Assembly: GCA_964542575.1 (NCBI GenBank)
Contig: CAZIUO010000003.1
Span: 1-59,733, forward strand
DNA length: 59,733 nt
Direction: 5' to 3'
DNA from: an uncultured Muribaculaceae bacterium
GTDB lineage: Bacteria > Bacteroidota > Bacteroidia > Bacteroidales > UBA932
Position numbers and translations under genes: made by a program. Shown here one piece after another: positions 34,003 through 43,808 of this stretch (positions are counted from its first letter, which is position 1; every line of letters starts with the position of its first letter). The notes under the pieces are model-generated. The model searched no databases. It worked only from the letters and a program-made list of their open reading frames with translations, and was not told the origin of the DNA.

Positions 34003-36990
34003 TTAAAATTTGAGTCTGAGGGTGAGCCCGTAGTAAAACTTGGGTATGTAGCTTGTCACGGATATCCGGTTGCCGGTGCGGCTGTCATAGAGCTGCGACA
34101 TATTGTTGAAGAAGTTGTTGGCGTAGAACGATATCGACGCCACATCGCCGATCTCCTTGGTCACATTGAAGTTGGCGCTGAAATAGGGGGTCAGGCGGCT
34201 CTCCTTGAAGGTGTAGTTGTATGAGGTGGTCTGCACCAGCGACACCATATCGGAATATTTCTGCGGGTCGCTGCTCTTGGCCTCCACAAAGTCGGGCCAG
34301 AAGTCGCGCAGCGTGCCGTCGCTGTAGGAGTAGTATTTGTCGGGGTAGAGCACGGTGTAGCAGTCGCCGTCGTAGATGGAGGCCTCCTCCACGCGCGAAG
34401 TCAGATCGGAGCGGTCGGCGATTACATACGAGCGGCGGCTGCCGTCGGCATTTTCGCTCAGGGTGCGGCTGTAGTGCAGCAGGCAGGCCTCCAGCTTGAA
34501 GGAGACCACCATCCTCACCTTGGGGATGTTGGTGGTGACGGTCACATTGGTCTTGAGGCTGCGGGTCTGCTGGCCGTTGGAGGTCTTGTATCCGCCGACG
34601 TAGTAGCCCACATATTTGAGCGGAGTGCGGTCGTAGCCCATCTGCGAGGTGGCCACATACGGCATATAGTCGGTGTAGACCTGCTTGTATGTGTAGTAGG
34701 TGCCGTCCAGGCGTATCTGGGTGTTGAGCGACTTTATCCGCTTGAAGTCCACCACATATTCAAATCCGCGGCGCACAATCGGATTGTCGTCGTTGTCCTC
34801 GTAATAAGTTGCCGTAAAGCCGTCCATCTTGCGGCCGGCGAGGGTGGCGGAAGGGTTGGCCCCGCTCTTGTCGCTCACTGTGATGACGCCGCTTTCGGGG
34901 TCCACCGAGAAGACGCGGTCGGCGGCGGGTATCGCGCTTGCCGCCTCGCTGTTCTTTATGGCGTCGGTGGGGGTGTAGAGATAGCTGAACCGCTCGTAGT
35001 CGTTCACCAGGCGGTAGGCGTCAAGGGTCCTGCTCATAAAGGCGGCCAGGCTCACCTTGTGCCCCGCCAGGTTGAAGTCCACCCCGACCTCCGCCTGCCG
35101 GTTGCGCTGCCAGCGCAGGGCGGAATTGTACACGATGGTGCGCGGCAGCACATAATAGGCGCTGTAGAGGTCGTTGATGCTGCCCGCGGTGGAGGTGAAC
35201 ACGTTTATGTCGTAATAAGTCGGCTGGGGAAAGAGTATCGAATAGGAAGGCTGCTTCACCGCCTGGCCCCAGCTGGCCCTCACCGAGAAGTCGCGCAGGG
35301 TGCGGCCGCGCCGCCCTTTCTCGGAAAACGGGCTGTAGCGGGCGTTGAAGCGGGGCGAGAGGCTGCTTGTGGTGCCGTATGCCGAGCCGCTGATTATTGT
35401 GTTGTCCCAGCGCACGCCCGCCACCAGGTTCAGCTCTCCGCTGCGCCCCACGGGCAACACGATGTCGTCCTCTGCATAGGCGGCCGCATTGTGCATCGCG
35501 GGGACCTTGCTGTAGTCATACGGACGGTATGTGGGGGCGGTGGACATATCTTCTGAATACTGCCCCTGCCCATAGTTGCGGTCCAGGGTCCAGTCGGCGC
35601 CCGCCTTGAACCTGTTCTTGACGTCGCCGAAACTGCGGGCCCAGTTGGCCTTGAGCGAGACTTTGGAGTTGAAGGGCTTGTCGTCCAGCACCATCATATT
35701 GTACCACTGCCCGGCGGGAATCCGGTCGGCAAAGAGATATCCCTGCTCTGTGGTGTGCAGGGCGGCCTGCGCCGTGGTGCCGAACACCGAGGTGTTCTCG
35801 CGGCTCAGCTTGTCGGAATATACGGCAGAAGCCTTGAGCTCTATGTTGGTGATCCAGCTCTTGCTCAGCAGCCAGTTGAAGGCGAGGCTGCCGCGCAGGG
35901 TGTTGTCGCGGCTGCGGGTATAGGCCTCGGTGGAGCGGTCGGGGTCGGCCCTGTTGTCCAGGCCGCCCGCGTTGCCGGTGAGCGAGGCGCTCACAGAGAG
36001 GGGCGTCTGCTCGAATATCCCCCTTGAAACGGTGTTGTTCCAGGCCAGCGACACCTGCTTGCGCTCATAGGAGGTGTAGGGCGACATCTGCAGCGATATG
36101 GAGCGGGTGTACTCCGCGCTGGTGTTGAGAGTGCCGCGGCTGCCCCCGCGCGAATTCGTCCCCAGGCCGAAGCCCTTGCTCAGGGAGACCTGCTTGGTGT
36201 TGGGGCTGGTGGTCATTGTCACCGTGAAGGGGGTCTTGCCCCGCTTGGTGTTGATTTTGACCACGCCGGATGTCATATCGCCGTATTCCACCGAGGGGAC
36301 GCCGGTGATTACCTCCACCGACTCCACGTTGGAAGATGCTATATTGTTGGTGGATACGCCCTTGAGATTAGTGCCGGAACGGTCGGCCCCCGAGAAGGAG
36401 GCGTTGCTGGAGAGGCGCACGCCGTCCACCTCCACCGCTGTGCCGAATGTGGAGTTGCCCCCCTCGCCCGAGGACTCGCTGCGGATGGCTATCTGCCCGC
36501 CGCTCCCGGTCAGATTGGGGTTGACCGTGCTTCCGCCCGGCAGCAGGCTGGCGATGTCGGAGACATTCAGCATCTGCACCTGCTCCAGCGCCGTGCGGTC
36601 TATCCTGCGCGATGTGGTGGCGGAGGAGGAATTCTCCTGCGCAGTGACCACCGCGCTCTCCAGCGCCAGGTTGTCCTGCAGCAGCGCCACGGAAAAATTG
36701 GTGATGTCGCGCGAAATCTTGATTTCCCGCTGCCAGGTGACATATCCCAGGCAGTAAACTTTGACTTCTGCGCTGCCGGCGCTGATGCCGGAAATGGAGA
36801 AGCGCCCCTTGGCGTCTGCGGTGGCCCACTGCCCCGTGGACTCTATCGCCACTGCGGCAAACTCCACAGGATCACCCGTTTCCTTGTCGCTGACAACGCC
36901 GGAGAGAGTATATGTCTGGGCAAAGGCCTGCGCACAGGAAAAAAGGCAGGCAAAAAGCAATATGAGTCTTCTTGTTTTCACAGCGCGCAA
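34003..36990 (-). CDS. TonB-dependent receptor with carboxypeptidase-regulatory-like N-domain
   Basis: 995 aa. Has a signal peptide (LILLFACLFSCAQAFA), TYTLSGVVSDKETGDPVEFAAV, a plug and a 22-strand-sized barrel ending in LRLKF. There is no ATG start; it uses TTG at 36990 or GTG at 36981. Confidence 0.88.
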   Translation of the reverse strand: MRAVKTRRLILLFACLFSCAQAFAQTYTLSGVVSDKETGDPVEFAAVAIESTGQWATADAKGRFSISGISAGSAEVKVYCLGYVTWQREIKISRDITNFSVALLQDNLALESAVVTAQENSSSATTSRRIDRTALEQVQMLNVSDIASLLPGGSTVNPNLTGSGGQIAIRSESSGEGGNSTFGTAVEVDGVRLSSNASFSGADRSGTNLKGVSTNNIASSNVESVEVITGVPSVEYGDMTSGVVKINTKRGKTPFTVTMTTSPNTKQVSLSKGFGLGTNSRGGSRGTLNTSAEYTRSISLQMSPYTSYERKQVSLAWNNTVSRGIFEQTPLSVSASLTGNAGGLDNRADPDRSTEAYTRSRDNTLRGSLAFNWLLSKSWITNIELKASAVYSDKLSRENTSVFGTTAQAALHTTEQGYLFADRIPAGQWYNMMVLDDKPFNSKVSLKANWARSFGDVKNRFKAGADWTLDRNYGQGQYSEDMSTAPTYRPYDYSKVPAMHNAAAYAEDDIVLPVGRSGELNLVAGVRWDNTIISGSAYGTTSSLSPRFNARYSPFSEKGRRGRTLRDFSVRASWGQAVKQPSYSILFPQPTYYDINVFTSTAGSINDLYSAYYVLPRTIVYNSALRWQRNRQAEVGVDFNLAGHKVSLAAFMSRTLDAYRLVNDYERFSYLYTPTDAIKNSEAASAIPAADRVFSVDPESGVITVSDKSGANPSATLAGRKMDGFTATYYEDNDDNPIVRRGFEYVVDFKRIKSLNTQIRLDGTYYTYKQVYTDYMPYVATSQMGYDRTPLKYVGYYVGGYKTSNGQQTRSLKTNVTVTTNIPKVRMVVSFKLEACLLHYSRTLSENADGSRRSYVIADRSDLTSRVEEASIYDGDCYTVLYPDKYYSYSDGTLRDFWPDFVEAKSSDPQKYSDMVSLVQTTSYNYTFKESRLTPYFSANFNVTKEIGDVASISFYANNFFNNMSQLYDSRTGNRISVTSYIPKFYYGLTLRLKF

Positions 36991-37008
36991 AATTAATTAC
37001 TTTTGCGC
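36985..37008. promoter_or_regulatory. 24-bp near-perfect palindrome (candidate operator) in the TBDR / polyferredoxin divergent gap
   Basis: GCGCAAAAtTAATTAcTTTTGCGC, with 11 of 12 position pairs complementary. It overlaps the TBDR TTG start codon (36988-36990) and a plus-strand TActTTTG -7-like box (36998-37005) located 29 nt before the polyferredoxin ATG. Confidence 0.45.
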
Positions 37009-37033
37009 AAATTTTATATCCCTAAAAAGAGCT

Positions 37034-39070
37034 ATGAGCAAGAAATCACTGATTTGCAAGAACTGGCCCAAGTATCTCCTGCAGTGGGGAGTGCTGGCGG
37101 CCCTCGTTTTCTTTTTGAGCGGCCTCGCTGCCAAGATTTTCCCGGCGATGGAGCCGGTCGACCCCGAAGCCTACTGCCCGATGGGGGGTCTGCAGGCCTT
37201 CGGCACCTTCCTCTCCAGAGGGTCCCTCCCCTGCTCGATGTCCTCCGCCCAGATTATGATGGGCATCGGCCTGGCCATCGCGGTGATTCTGTTCAGCAAG
37301 CTCTTCTGCGCCTTCCTCTGCCCCGTCGGATCGGTGGAGGACCTGCTGGGCAAGGCGGGGCACGCGCTGCACATCAAGAGCCTCGAAATCAAGAGCGGCA
37401 GCGCCGCAGACAAGATTCTGCGCATCGTCAAGTATGCCCTGCTCTTCTGGATTGCGTATATGACCATCTCCAGCAGCGAGCTCTTCTGCAAGAAGCTGGA
37501 CCCCTACTACGCCGCCGCCACAGGCTTCAAGGGGGAGATAGTGCTCTGGATGAGCCTCGCGTCGCTGTTTCTGGTGATTGTGCCCGCCCTCTTCATAAAG
37601 CGCTTCTGGTGCAGATACATCTGCCCGCTGGGGGCCCTCTCCAACACCTTCAAGTTCTACTTCGCCCTCGCGGGGGCGGGGATCGTGTTCTGGGTCCTGA
37701 GCCTCTGCGGGGTGCATTTCAGCTTTGTATGGCCGCTGGCCGCCCTCTGCATCATCGGCTATCTGCTTGAAATATTCTGCGGCAAGCCCAAGGGACAGCT
37801 GCTGCACGTCGCCGTGGACCAGGAGACCTGCACCCACAGCTGCTACCGCTGCCGCAAGGTGTGCCCCTACAACATTTCGGTGCCCGACTTCGGCGGCAAG
37901 GTCAATTCTGTGGACTGCACCCTCTGCGGCGAGTGCGTGGCCGCCTGCCCCGTGGGGGCCCTCAGCATCGGGAACTGCAAGAGCGGCAAAAAATGCGGCT
38001 TCGGCAAATATCTTCCCGCCCTGCTGGCGGTGCTGATTGCCCTGGCGGCCTACTTCGCCGGCCAGCGCACAGAACTGCCCACCATCAACGAGAGCTGGGG
38101 CGCCGCCGACAGCCTCGCCCTCTCCACCCTCAAGATAGAGAATCTCAAGACAGTGAAATGCTACGGCAGCTCTATGGCCTTCAAGAGCAAGATGGAGAAA
38201 ATCCGCGGCGTGTACGGCGTCAAGACCTACGTCGGCAGCCACACCGTCGTAATCAAATATGACCCCGCCGCAATAGACGAGCAGACCCTGCGCGGCAAGG
38301 TGTTCGACCCCTCCACATTCAAGGTGGCGACCCCCGACCCCGCCCTCCTGGACAGCCTCAAGATAGTCACCATCCGCACCGACAAGATGTTCGACAAGCT
38401 GGACCTCAACTATCTGGGACTGCAGATGCGCCTCACCGGCAAGCGGATCTACGGCCTCGAGTCGGAATACGCCTGCCCGCTGATAGTCAGGGTTTATGCC
38501 GACCCCGCAGAGCCTCTTGACAGCGACTTCTTCCGCTCTGTAGTGGAAAAGAAGTCTCTGGATATGCCCCTGCACGGCGGCGGAGTCAAGAGCACCCCTG
38601 TCGACTTCCAGTTCGTCAAGATGGAGGAGGGCGAGGGGCGCATCGCCACCACCGACTACCTGCAGAGGATGTTCGCCCCCTTCAAGGCGGAATACAAGGG
38701 GCGCTACCCCGACGGCGACTCCACCGTGGTGCTCAGCCGCAAGGAGGTCTACAAAGACAAGCCGCAGTTTATCTACGAAATTGCCGACCCCAACTACGAG
38801 AAGCCCATCGTCCGCCGCAACCTCCCCTACCTGAGCAACCATATCTCCAAGGAGGAGGGGGTCATCGGCCTCTATCTCAACCTCAACGGCGACTACAAGC
38901 CCGCCCTGCAGATCCGCTTTGCCGACCCTATGACGGAAGAGAAGCTCTGGGAGCTCCTCACTATGGAAAAATGGAGCATCAGCTATGCAGAGGATGACGT
39001 CCGCGAAGAGGACGCCCGCATCAAATTCACCGAGAAGGGCGTCTGCCGCCCCTATGTAGAAGCCGAATAA
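37034..39070 (+). CDS. Membrane-bound polyferredoxin, NapH/MauN/CcoG-type, with large non-Cys C-terminal region
   Basis: 678 aa from MSKKSLICKNWPKYLL. Has several TM segments, two CX3CP motifs (CAFLCP, CRYICP) plus YCPMGG, two 4Fe-4S motifs (CTHSCYRCRKVCP, CTLCGECVAACP) and a further TM. A tail of about 300 aa then contains a ferredoxin-fold/HMA-like unit without a CxxC motif. Confidence 0.8.
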   Translation: MSKKSLICKNWPKYLLQWGVLAALVFFLSGLAAKIFPAMEPVDPEAYCPMGGLQAFGTFLSRGSLPCSMSSAQIMMGIGLAIAVILFSKLFCAFLCPVGSVEDLLGKAGHALHIKSLEIKSGSAADKILRIVKYALLFWIAYMTISSSELFCKKLDPYYAAATGFKGEIVLWMSLASLFLVIVPALFIKRFWCRYICPLGALSNTFKFYFALAGAGIVFWVLSLCGVHFSFVWPLAALCIIGYLLEIFCGKPKGQLLHVAVDQETCTHSCYRCRKVCPYNISVPDFGGKVNSVDCTLCGECVAACPVGALSIGNCKSGKKCGFGKYLPALLAVLIALAAYFAGQRTELPTINESWGAADSLALSTLKIENLKTVKCYGSSMAFKSKMEKIRGVYGVKTYVGSHTVVIKYDPAAIDEQTLRGKVFDPSTFKVATPDPALLDSLKIVTIRTDKMFDKLDLNYLGLQMRLTGKRIYGLESEYACPLIVRVYADPAEPLDSDFFRSVVEKKSLDMPLHGGGVKSTPVDFQFVKMEEGEGRIATTDYLQRMFAPFKAEYKGRYPDGDSTVVLSRKEVYKDKPQFIYEIADPNYEKPIVRRNLPYLSNHISKEEGVIGLYLNLNGDYKPALQIRFADPMTEEKLWELLTMEKWSISYAEDDVREEDARIKFTEKGVCRPYVEAE

Positions 39071-39071
39071 T

Positions 39072-41021
39072 ATGAAAAGAGCCTTTCTGACCCTGGCGGC
39101 GCTGCTGTGCTGCCTCCTGGCCCGCGCCGACGAAGGTATGTGGCTGGTTAACGCAATTTCCCGCGCCCTGGAGGCGCAGATGCAACAGAAGGGGCTGGAG
39201 CTATCTTCCGGCGACATCTACAACGAAGAGAGCGGCGGCCTGTGCGACGCCATAGTGTCGCTGGACTTCGGCTGCACCGGCAGCTTCATCTCCTCCGAAG
39301 GGTTGCTGGTGACCAACCACCACTGCGCCTACGGCGACGTCCACGCCCTCAGCACCCCGGAGCACAACTATCTGGAAGACGGGTTCTGGGCCATGAGCCG
39401 CAGCGAGGAGATTGCCATAAAGGGTAAGAAGGCCTACCTGCTGCACCGCATAATCGATGTCACCGACGAGGTCGGTGCCCTCAAGGAGCAGGAGGCCGCC
39501 GCAGGCAAATCCACCGGCCTGCGCCGCCTGAGCTGGATTATGGAGAAGCGCTATGCCGCCCAGACCGGCTACGACGCCTCCCTCTCGGCGATGTGGGCCG
39601 GCGAGCGCTACTATATGGCGCTTTACGATGTCTACGACGACGTCCGCCTGGTGGCCGCCCCGCCCGTGAGCATCGCCGCCTTCGGCGGAGACGTGGACAA
39701 CTGGGAGTGGCCCCAGCACAAGTGCGACTTCGCCCTCTACCGCGTCTACAAGGACGGCGCCCCCCTCAACCCCCGCCGCCACCTGCAAATCAGCCGCAGC
39801 GGCTATGCCCCGGGCGACTTTGCAATGGTCATCGGCTATCCGGGGCGCACCGACCGCTACAGTTCCTCATATAAAGTCGAGTTCGAGCAGAACCTCTCGC
39901 TGCCCATCTCCAACCGCATCCGCGGCCGTCAGATGGAGATTTTGCGGCACTGGATGGACGCCGACCCGGCAGTCCGCCTCAAATATGCCGACAAATTCTT
40001 CTCCCTGAGCAATGTGCAGGAGCTTGACGAGGGGCAGGTGGACTGCTACAAAAAATATGGCGTCGTCCGCTGCAAGCGCCGCGAAGAGCACAAGATGCAC
40101 GGCTGCGACTCCCTTCTGCAGGCCATCAAGGCCAGATACCGCGACATCAGCGACGTGAAGCGCGGAGAAATCTACTACCGCGAGACCCTGGTGCGCTGCG
40201 GCGGCCTCAACCTTATATGCCTCAAGCTCAAGAACAATGTGTCCGGGCTGAATCTGGAGAAGGAATACGCCGCCCTGGATATGCGCGTGGAGCGGGACCT
40301 CTTCCGCTACTGCATAGAAGAATATTTTGAGAACGAGCCCGACAAATATCTCGGCGCCTTCCAGAAAGAGCTCAAGAGCCGCTTTGGCAGCGACTACGAC
40401 GCTATGGCGGAATATCTCTGGCTCGACCGTCCAGTGACGCGCGAAGACGGCCTCTTCCGCTTTTTCACCGACATCAACGCCTCCGCCTTCGCTTCGGTTC
40501 AGAGAGAGCTGGAGCAGGGGGTGACGGTGAACGAGCTGGAGCACCGCTACACCCGCGCCCTCTATCAGAATCGGCAGCGGCGGGGTCTGGAGCAGTATCC
40601 CGACGCCAACTTCACTATGCGCCTGACATTCGGCACCGTGAAGAGCTTCCGCCGTGGCTGCAAAAAGGTCCCCTGGCAGACCTGCGCCTCCGGCATCCTG
40701 GCCAAGGAAGACACCGCAGCCCACGACTTCTGCCTCAAGAGCGACTGGCGATGCCTGCTGTGCGACAGCTGCGACGCCGCCTTCCCGGTGAACTTCATCA
40801 CCGACAACGACATCACCGGGGGCAACTCCGGCAGCCCGGTGCTGAATGCGCGCGGAGAGCTCATCGGCCTGGCATTCGACGGCAACAAGGAGTCGCTCGC
40901 AAGCAACGCCTCGTTCACTGCGGCATACAACCGCTGCGTGTGCGTGGATATACGCTTTGTGCTCTGGACTCTGGAGCACTACGCAAAGATGGACGGCATC
41001 CTAGCCGAGATCGGAGAATAG
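39072..41021 (+). CDS. S46-family dipeptidyl-peptidase (DPP7/DPP11-like), periplasmic
   Basis: 649 aa. Has a signal peptide then the DEGMW start, catalytic His context VTNHHCAY and catalytic Ser context GGNSGSPVLN. Starts 1 nt after the polyferredoxin stop. Confidence 0.88.
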   Translation: MKRAFLTLAALLCCLLARADEGMWLVNAISRALEAQMQQKGLELSSGDIYNEESGGLCDAIVSLDFGCTGSFISSEGLLVTNHHCAYGDVHALSTPEHNYLEDGFWAMSRSEEIAIKGKKAYLLHRIIDVTDEVGALKEQEAAAGKSTGLRRLSWIMEKRYAAQTGYDASLSAMWAGERYYMALYDVYDDVRLVAAPPVSIAAFGGDVDNWEWPQHKCDFALYRVYKDGAPLNPRRHLQISRSGYAPGDFAMVIGYPGRTDRYSSSYKVEFEQNLSLPISNRIRGRQMEILRHWMDADPAVRLKYADKFFSLSNVQELDEGQVDCYKKYGVVRCKRREEHKMHGCDSLLQAIKARYRDISDVKRGEIYYRETLVRCGGLNLICLKLKNNVSGLNLEKEYAALDMRVERDLFRYCIEEYFENEPDKYLGAFQKELKSRFGSDYDAMAEYLWLDRPVTREDGLFRFFTDINASAFASVQRELEQGVTVNELEHRYTRALYQNRQRRGLEQYPDANFTMRLTFGTVKSFRRGCKKVPWQTCASGILAKEDTAAHDFCLKSDWRCLLCDSCDAAFPVNFITDNDITGGNSGSPVLNARGELIGLAFDGNKESLASNASFTAAYNRCVCVDIRFVLWTLEHYAKMDGILAEIGE

Positions 41022-43808
41022 CTTTTTGAGATATCTGCCGGTGTAGGACTCTGTGCAGCGGGCCACATCCTCAGGGGTGCCGCTGCACACGATGTTGCCG
41101 CCGGCCGCCCCCCCTTCGGGCCCCATATCCACAAGATAATCCACACTCTTGAGCACGTCCAGATTGTGCTCTATGACAATCACCGTGTTGCCCTGGTCCA
41201 CCAGCAGCTGCAGAACCTCCATCAGCTGCTTTATGTCGCCGAAGTGCAGCCCCGTGGTGGGCTCGTCCAGCAGGTAGAGGGTGTTGCCGGTGCTCTTGCG
41301 GCTGAGCTCGGCGGCCAGCTTTACGCGCTGGCTCTCGCCGCCGGAGAGGGTCGTTGAGGGCTGTCCCAGCTTCACATACCCCAGCCCGACATCTTCCAGC
41401 GCCTTGATGCGGGGGTAGATGTAGGGGTTGGACTTGAAGAACTCGCACGCCTGGGAAATAGTCATTTCCAGCACGTCGTTTATGTTCTTCCCCTTGTAGT
41501 GCACCGCCAGGGTGTCGGGCTTGTAGCGCTTGCCTCCGCACTCCTTGCAGGTGACGTGCGCGGGGGGCAGAAAGCGCATCTCGATCTCCTGGATGCCGGC
41601 CCCCTTGCAGGCCTCGCAGCGCCCGCCGGCGGTGTTGAACGAGAAGCGTCCCGCCTTGAAGCCGCGGATTTTGGCGTCCGGGGTCTGCCCGAACAGCTCG
41701 CGGATGGCGGTGAACACATTCACGTATGTGGCGGGATTGCTGCGGGGAGAGCGTCCTATGGGGCGCTGGTCCACCTCAATCACCTTGTCTATGTTTTCAA
41801 TCCCCTCCAGGGCGTCGTAGGGCAGCACCGGATAGAGAGAGCGATAGAACTTGTTGCTGAGCAGCGGCATCAGGGTCTGCGCAATCAGCGAACTTTTGCC
41901 GCTGCCGCTCACGCCGCTGATGCCCACCAGGCAGCCCAGCGGGATGGTCAGGTCCACATTCTTGAGGTTGTTGCCCCTTGCGCCGCGCAGCACGAGGCAC
42001 TTGCCGCTCCCCTTGCGCCGCACTGCGGGCACCTCAATGGCCTTGCGCCCCATCAGAAAATCGGTGGTGGGGGTCGACGGGGCCGACGCAATGTCCTTGG
42101 GAGAGCCGTTGTAGAGCAGTTCGCCGCCAAGTTCGCCCGCACCGGGGCCGAGGTCCACCAGCCAGTCCGCCTGCTCCATTATTTCGCGGTCGTGCTCCAC
42201 CACCAGCACCGAATTGCCCTCGTCGCGCAGCGTCTTGAGCGACGCTATCAGCTTGTCGTTGTCTCTCTGATGCAGCCCGATGCTGGGTTCGTCCAGAATG
42301 TAGAGGACATTCACCAGCTTGCTGCCGATCTGCGTGGCGAGCCTGATGCGCTGGCTCTCGCCGCCGGAGAGGGTCGCCACCGGGCGGTCCAGCGATAGAT
42401 ATCCCAGCCCTACATCCCTGAGGAAGCCCACCCGGTCGCCGATCTCCTTGAGCAGGGCGCCGCCGATGAGCTTCTGGCGGTGGTCCAGATGCAGCGGCAG
42501 CACCTTGACCCAGTCGTAGAGGGCGTCGATGTCCATTGCCGCCACCTCCGCTATGTTCTTGCCGTCAAGGCGGAAGCAGAGCGACTCCTTTTTGAGCCGG
42601 GTGCCGCCGCACTCGGGGCACACGGTGTATTGCACATACCGCTGCTCTTTGCGGGGCTGGGAGTCATCCCCCTCGGAAGCGGCCACCGCGCGCGGGATGA
42701 GTCCCTCGAAGGTGACCATCTGCTGCTCGCTGCCGCTGCCCACCCTCAGCAAATCCTCAGAGCCGTAGAGCAGCGCGCTCATAGCCTCCTCGGGAATCGA
42801 GTCGATGGGGTCTTTAAGTGAGAATTTGTATTTTTTTGCCAGCGCCTCGATGGTGTCGAACAGGGCGTTCTTGCGGCTGGGGCCCAGCGGCACAATCCCC
42901 CCCTCCGCAATCGAGCGGCTGCCGTCGGGGATAATCTTCTCCCGCTCCATACAAATCACCTTGCCCAGGCCGCCGCAGTGCGGGCAGGCCCCCTGGGGCG
43001 AGTTGAAAGAGAAGGTGTGGGGGGCCGGGGTGCTGAACGACAGCCCTGTGTCGGGGCACACATAGTTCTTGCTCAGAAAGCGCAGCGGCCCGCCGCCGTA
43101 TTCCATCAAGGCGATGCTCCCCTTGCCCTGCGCAAGGGCTGTGGCCAGCGAAGAGGCCACCCTGCTGCCGGCATTGCCGTCTATCTTGAGCTTGTCCACC
43201 ACAAGATATATGAAGTGGGTCTTGTAGCGGTCCAGCGGAGTTATCGTGGAGAGGTCGCGCAGCTCGTCATCTACCAGCACCTGGTTGTAGCCCTTCTTAA
43301 CGAGATGCTCGAACAGATCCTTGTAGTGTCCCTTGCGCCCCTGCACCAACGGCGAGAGCAGCAACAGCTTGCGGCCGTCGTACTCCTTCATTATCAGCTC
43401 CGCGATCATCGCGTCGGTGTAGCGGACCATCTCCTTGCCGGTCACGGGGGAGTAGGCCTGCGCCGCGCGGGCATACAGCAGACGGAAGAAGTCGTAGATT
43501 TCTGTCAGAGTCCCTATGGTGGAGCGGGGATTGCGCCCGGTGGTCTTCTGCTCTATGGCCAGGATGGGGCTCAGGCCGCGGATGTCGTCCACATCGGGCC
43601 GCTCCAGCATCCCCATAAACTGCCGCGCGTAGGTGTTGAGGGTGTCCACATAGCGGCGCTGCCCCTCGGCGTAGATTGTGTCGAAGGCCAGGGAACTCTT
43701 GCCGCTGCCGCTCACTCCCGTCACCACCACCAGCTTGTCGCGGGGGATGGAGAGGGATATGTTCTTGAGGTTGTGCGACCGCGCGCCTGTGATTTCGATA
43801 CTGTCCAT
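41001..43808 (-). CDS. uvrA: Excinuclease ABC subunit A
   Basis: 935 aa. Has [45 protein letters not shown] and two ABC modules. Its 3' end overlaps the convergent S46 gene by 21 nt. Confidence 0.95.
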   Translation of the reverse strand: MDSIEITGARSHNLKNISLSIPRDKLVVVTGVSGSGKSSLAFDTIYAEGQRRYVDTLNTYARQFMGMLERPDVDDIRGLSPILAIEQKTTGRNPRSTIGTLTEIYDFFRLLYARAAQAYSPVTGKEMVRYTDAMIAELIMKEYDGRKLLLLSPLVQGRKGHYKDLFEHLVKKGYNQVLVDDELRDLSTITPLDRYKTHFIYLVVDKLKIDGNAGSRVASSLATALAQGKGSIALMEYGGGPLRFLSKNYVCPDTGLSFSTPAPHTFSFNSPQGACPHCGGLGKVICMEREKIIPDGSRSIAEGGIVPLGPSRKNALFDTIEALAKKYKFSLKDPIDSIPEEAMSALLYGSEDLLRVGSGSEQQMVTFEGLIPRAVAASEGDDSQPRKEQRYVQYTVCPECGGTRLKKESLCFRLDGKNIAEVAAMDIDALYDWVKVLPLHLDHRQKLIGGALLKEIGDRVGFLRDVGLGYLSLDRPVATLSGGESQRIRLATQIGSKLVNVLYILDEPSIGLHQRDNDKLIASLKTLRDEGNSVLVVEHDREIMEQADWLVDLGPGAGELGGELLYNGSPKDIASAPSTPTTDFLMGRKAIEVPAVRRKGSGKCLVLRGARGNNLKNVDLTIPLGCLVGISGVSGSGKSSLIAQTLMPLLSNKFYRSLYPVLPYDALEGIENIDKVIEVDQRPIGRSPRSNPATYVNVFTAIRELFGQTPDAKIRGFKAGRFSFNTAGGRCEACKGAGIQEIEMRFLPPAHVTCKECGGKRYKPDTLAVHYKGKNINDVLEMTISQACEFFKSNPYIYPRIKALEDVGLGYVKLGQPSTTLSGGESQRVKLAAELSRKSTGNTLYLLDEPTTGLHFGDIKQLMEVLQLLVDQGNTVIVIEHNLDVLKSVDYLVDMGPEGGAAGGNIVCSGTPEDVARCTESYTGRYLKKLFSDLG

